Positions 61,457-64,000 of a stretch of 64,000 nt of DNA are shown here, in pieces (position 1 is the stretch's first letter; the number at the start of each line of letters is the position of its first letter). Origin of the DNA: Paramoeba atlantica (lineage: Eukaryota > Protista > Discosea); NCBI GenBank assembly GCA_977017575.1, contig CDRNVI010000169.1, positions 74,431 to 138,430 of the forward strand, given 5' to 3'. Under the pieces are notes generated by a model. It was not told where the DNA came from, made no database searches, and saw nothing but the letters and a program-made list of their open reading frames with translations. The position numbers were made by a program, and so were the translations under genes.

Positions 61457-63308
61457 TCACTCAGGAACACACCATCTCAAAATATCAGTCAAAGAAACAA
61501 CTTTGATAGGGTGAAATGCTTGGTCAGCAACATAGATACGATGTTGTCGAGTCACTTCCAATTTTTGGATGACAAATCCAATTGAGTCTTTGTCTGTGGG
61601 AAGAGAGAAGAAGAGATGAGAAAAAAAGAATCTGGATTTTGAAAAAAGAAGGGGGGAAAAAAGAAAGGAACAAGAACAAACCAGAGCAATTCAAAGCTGG
61701 GACTTGAATATCAATATCTTGAGACCTAATAACTTGCAAAAATTTCAAAATTGGAAGATCCAACAACTCAGAAGATGGCATCTTCAACCACAATTTCAAA
61801 TCTTGTGCGCTACTCTGTGTAATAAGAGAGTCTCCTTCTCCCAAAATCGCCATCCCAAATCGTCCCTTGATAGAAAAAGAATGTGAATATAAAGTCAAGA
61901 GGGATGAAGGAGAAAAGACAAAACATAATAAAGCACGATAAAACATGATCAGGAAAGATAAGGAAAGATAAGGAAAGATGAGAAACTTTCAAGATAATAT
62001 TGCTTTCTTAATTGTTTTTCTCCTCATTCCAATAAATAAAAATCATCAAATATTGGAAAAAAACATTCTATCACAGACAAAGATTAAAATCAAAACAAAC
62101 TTTTTCTCCAAGAATTTGAAAAGCATTTCGGGTTGGAAGAGATGATTGAGCTTTAATAACAGGAGAGGATCCAATTCCAGAATCCTTCACGCTTATTGTC
62201 TTTAATGATGGTAAATCTAAAAAAGATTTGTTTTAAGGATCCAAGAGAAAAAGAGGGAGGAGAATCGAAGAAAGAAAGAAAGAAAAAAGAAAAGAAAGAA
62301 AAGAAAGAAAAGAAAGAAAAAGAAACCTTTCAAGTTTTGGGTAAGATGTTTAATCAAAACACTCTGAGAAATAATGTTGACAATCACTCCATTTTCGAGG
62401 TACTGATAAAAAAAAAGAATCAATCAATCTGGAAATAGAGGGAAAAAACACAACAATACACACCAATCCATCAGTCAATCCAACAAAATAATAATACAAC
62501 AATCCAACATAAACAATAATACAACAATCCAACATAAACAACAAAACAACATAAACAACAAACCGGAACTCTTCGATAATGTGCTCTCAACAACTTAGCA
62601 ACATCATAAAGAGTTGCTTCACCATCAACAGAAACAAAAGGATGTTTCTTTGCAAGGGAAGTCATTGTGACAGGTCCCGCAGCAGCCACAAGATCTTGAA
62701 GTGAGGAATGTTTTGCTTTATCTGCTGCTCCAACAAAATTTACCAAATCTATTTTCAGAAATTTTCTCAGAAAAGGACGTTTTTAAGGGAAAAGAAGAAG
62801 CAAAGAGGGGAAGAGAAAAAAAAAAGGGGGGAAAGAAAGAAAAGAATCGATCTTAAAAAAGAAAAGTGAAGGGATAAAACAAAAACTCTCTCTTGATTCA
62901 TCCAAAAGAGAATAAAAGAGAGAAAGAAAGAGAAACATCAAAATTCAATCTTCCAAAACTTCTCTTCAAAAGAGAAAGAAAAAGAAAAAGAAAAAAAAAA
63001 GTCATCAGGAAAAAGGGGGGGTGGAAAAGAAAAAAAAATCACCTCGACAATCCAAAAAACCAATATATTTTTTTGTATCAGGAACATAAACAGGAGCAGA
63101 TAAAACCTTTTTATCACACAAAAGTTGAAATGATTCAGGAAGAGATGCCTCAGCCGAAAACTGTGTTCACCAAAGTCAAAAAAAAAAAGAACCAAAAACA
63201 AAACAAAAAGTGAAAACACAAAACCTCAAAAATCGAAGAAGGACGAGAGAGATCCTTCACTTTGGTTTTCTCCAAAACAGCACGAATTTCGTCTTGAACT
63301 GAAGCCAT
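61457..63308 (-). CDS. CBS-domain protein (AMPK-gamma/Sds23-like), multi-exon
   Basis: KKVLSAPVYVPDTKKYIGFLDCR; HPFVSVDGEATLYDVAKLLRAHYRRVPV; IVNIISQSVLIKHL; HRIYVADQAFHPIKVVSLTDILR. Confidence 0.88.
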
Positions 63309-63557
63309 TTCTTCAACAACCACTGTGTGTGTGCAAGCAAAAGAGAAAACCGAAAACGCAAGAAACCCAAAAAAAAGAGCAAAACGCCCAGAAAATTTTG
63401 TAAAACCGAAAAAAAATAAAAATGAACCTTTTTCAACCGCCAAAAAGAAAGGTGTCTTTTGGTTGTCTTTTTTCGTTTGTTTTTCGCTTTTCAGCTGAAA
63501 CAGCCACCACCACCACTCTTTCTTTCCCAGAACTCAAAGTTCTTGGACTCGGCCAAG

Positions 63558-64000
63558 ATGTCTTCGTTTGCGGGAGGAGATGAGGGGGATACACTCTATG
63601 CTGAAGATGTCTTTGCTGAAGGGCAGCAAGTTCCTCCTAAAGGAGTGAGATTGGAGTTAGAACTCTCAAGAAACGGCTTGAATTCCCAGATTGAACTTCC
63701 TGATTCTGCTTCTTGGACAGTCGAGGAACTTGAAGTCACTCAGGTCTTTACCTCTTGAGATAATAATAAGAGAGAAAAGGAAATGCAAAATTCATAATCC
63801 TTTTTTTTTTTTCATCGCACAGGAAGGTTTTGCTCATGCTGGTTTCTGTGGGTCAATCAGGGGTCTGTTAATTAAGGTTCGCGATGGAGTTGAAATGATG
63901 CGTGGGGGTTATCCTGCGAGTGTTCAGCCAGTCTTTGATACGTTCCTCAAAAGAATCAATGATCTTGTTTTTGAACAACAAGCAGTTGAAAGAAAAGAAG
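63558..64000 (+). CDS. Hypothetical protein, 3' partial
   Basis: MSSFAGGDEGDTLYAEDVF...EELEVTQ, GT-AG intron ~63744-63822, then EGFAHAGFCGSIRGLLIKVR... open to the window end. No family recognised. Confidence 0.7.

Noticed and set aside
1-64000. Hundreds of F/L/S-rich and K/R/E-rich ORFs in the track that look like membrane or basic proteins
   Set aside because: They are translations of intronic T/TC/TTTA microsatellites, or of their complements, lying between identifiable exons.
1-64000. Autonomous transposon or endogenous virus
   Set aside because: No transposase, reverse transcriptase, integrase or capsid motifs, and no long terminal or terminal inverted repeats, were recognised.

Overview
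AT-rich, intron-dense eukaryotic genomic DNA using the standard genetic code. It is probably an amoebozoan-type protist; this is inferred from huntingtin, a family-C GPCR, a Usp gene and GH38 together, and the taxon is not proven. Introns are filled with T/TC/TTTA microsatellites, which generate most of the F/L/S-rich and K/R-rich ORFs in the supplied track. I assembled about 16 spliced gene models by hand. In order they are: an LCAT/PDAT acyltransferase (5' partial), a GH38 alpha-mannosidase, a Usp, a stand-alone SET protein, a PLAC8 protein, OXA1, a divergent RasGAP, a CHRD membrane protein, a LIM + BLOC1S3-like protein, a ~24 kb huntingtin gene, a dirigent/AOC-like secreted protein, a Cys-rich peptide, a family-C GPCR with a bacterial-type glycine-betaine-binding ectodomain, a glutaminase-A-like (GtaA) protein, a CBS protein and an unknown 3'-partial gene. 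The most unusual observations are: (i) recurrent tandem 'echo' copies of exon ends, with their splice sites, inside introns (up to 7 copies in huntingtin); (ii) the OpuAC-EGF-LDLa-7TM receptor; (iii) the dirigent-like protein; (iv) the LIM-BLOC1S3 fusion; (v) a cluster of B-box/tRNA-like elements. All homology calls come from motif recognition by eye; no searches were run. Exon boundaries and terminal codons are hand-derived and may be off by a few bases.
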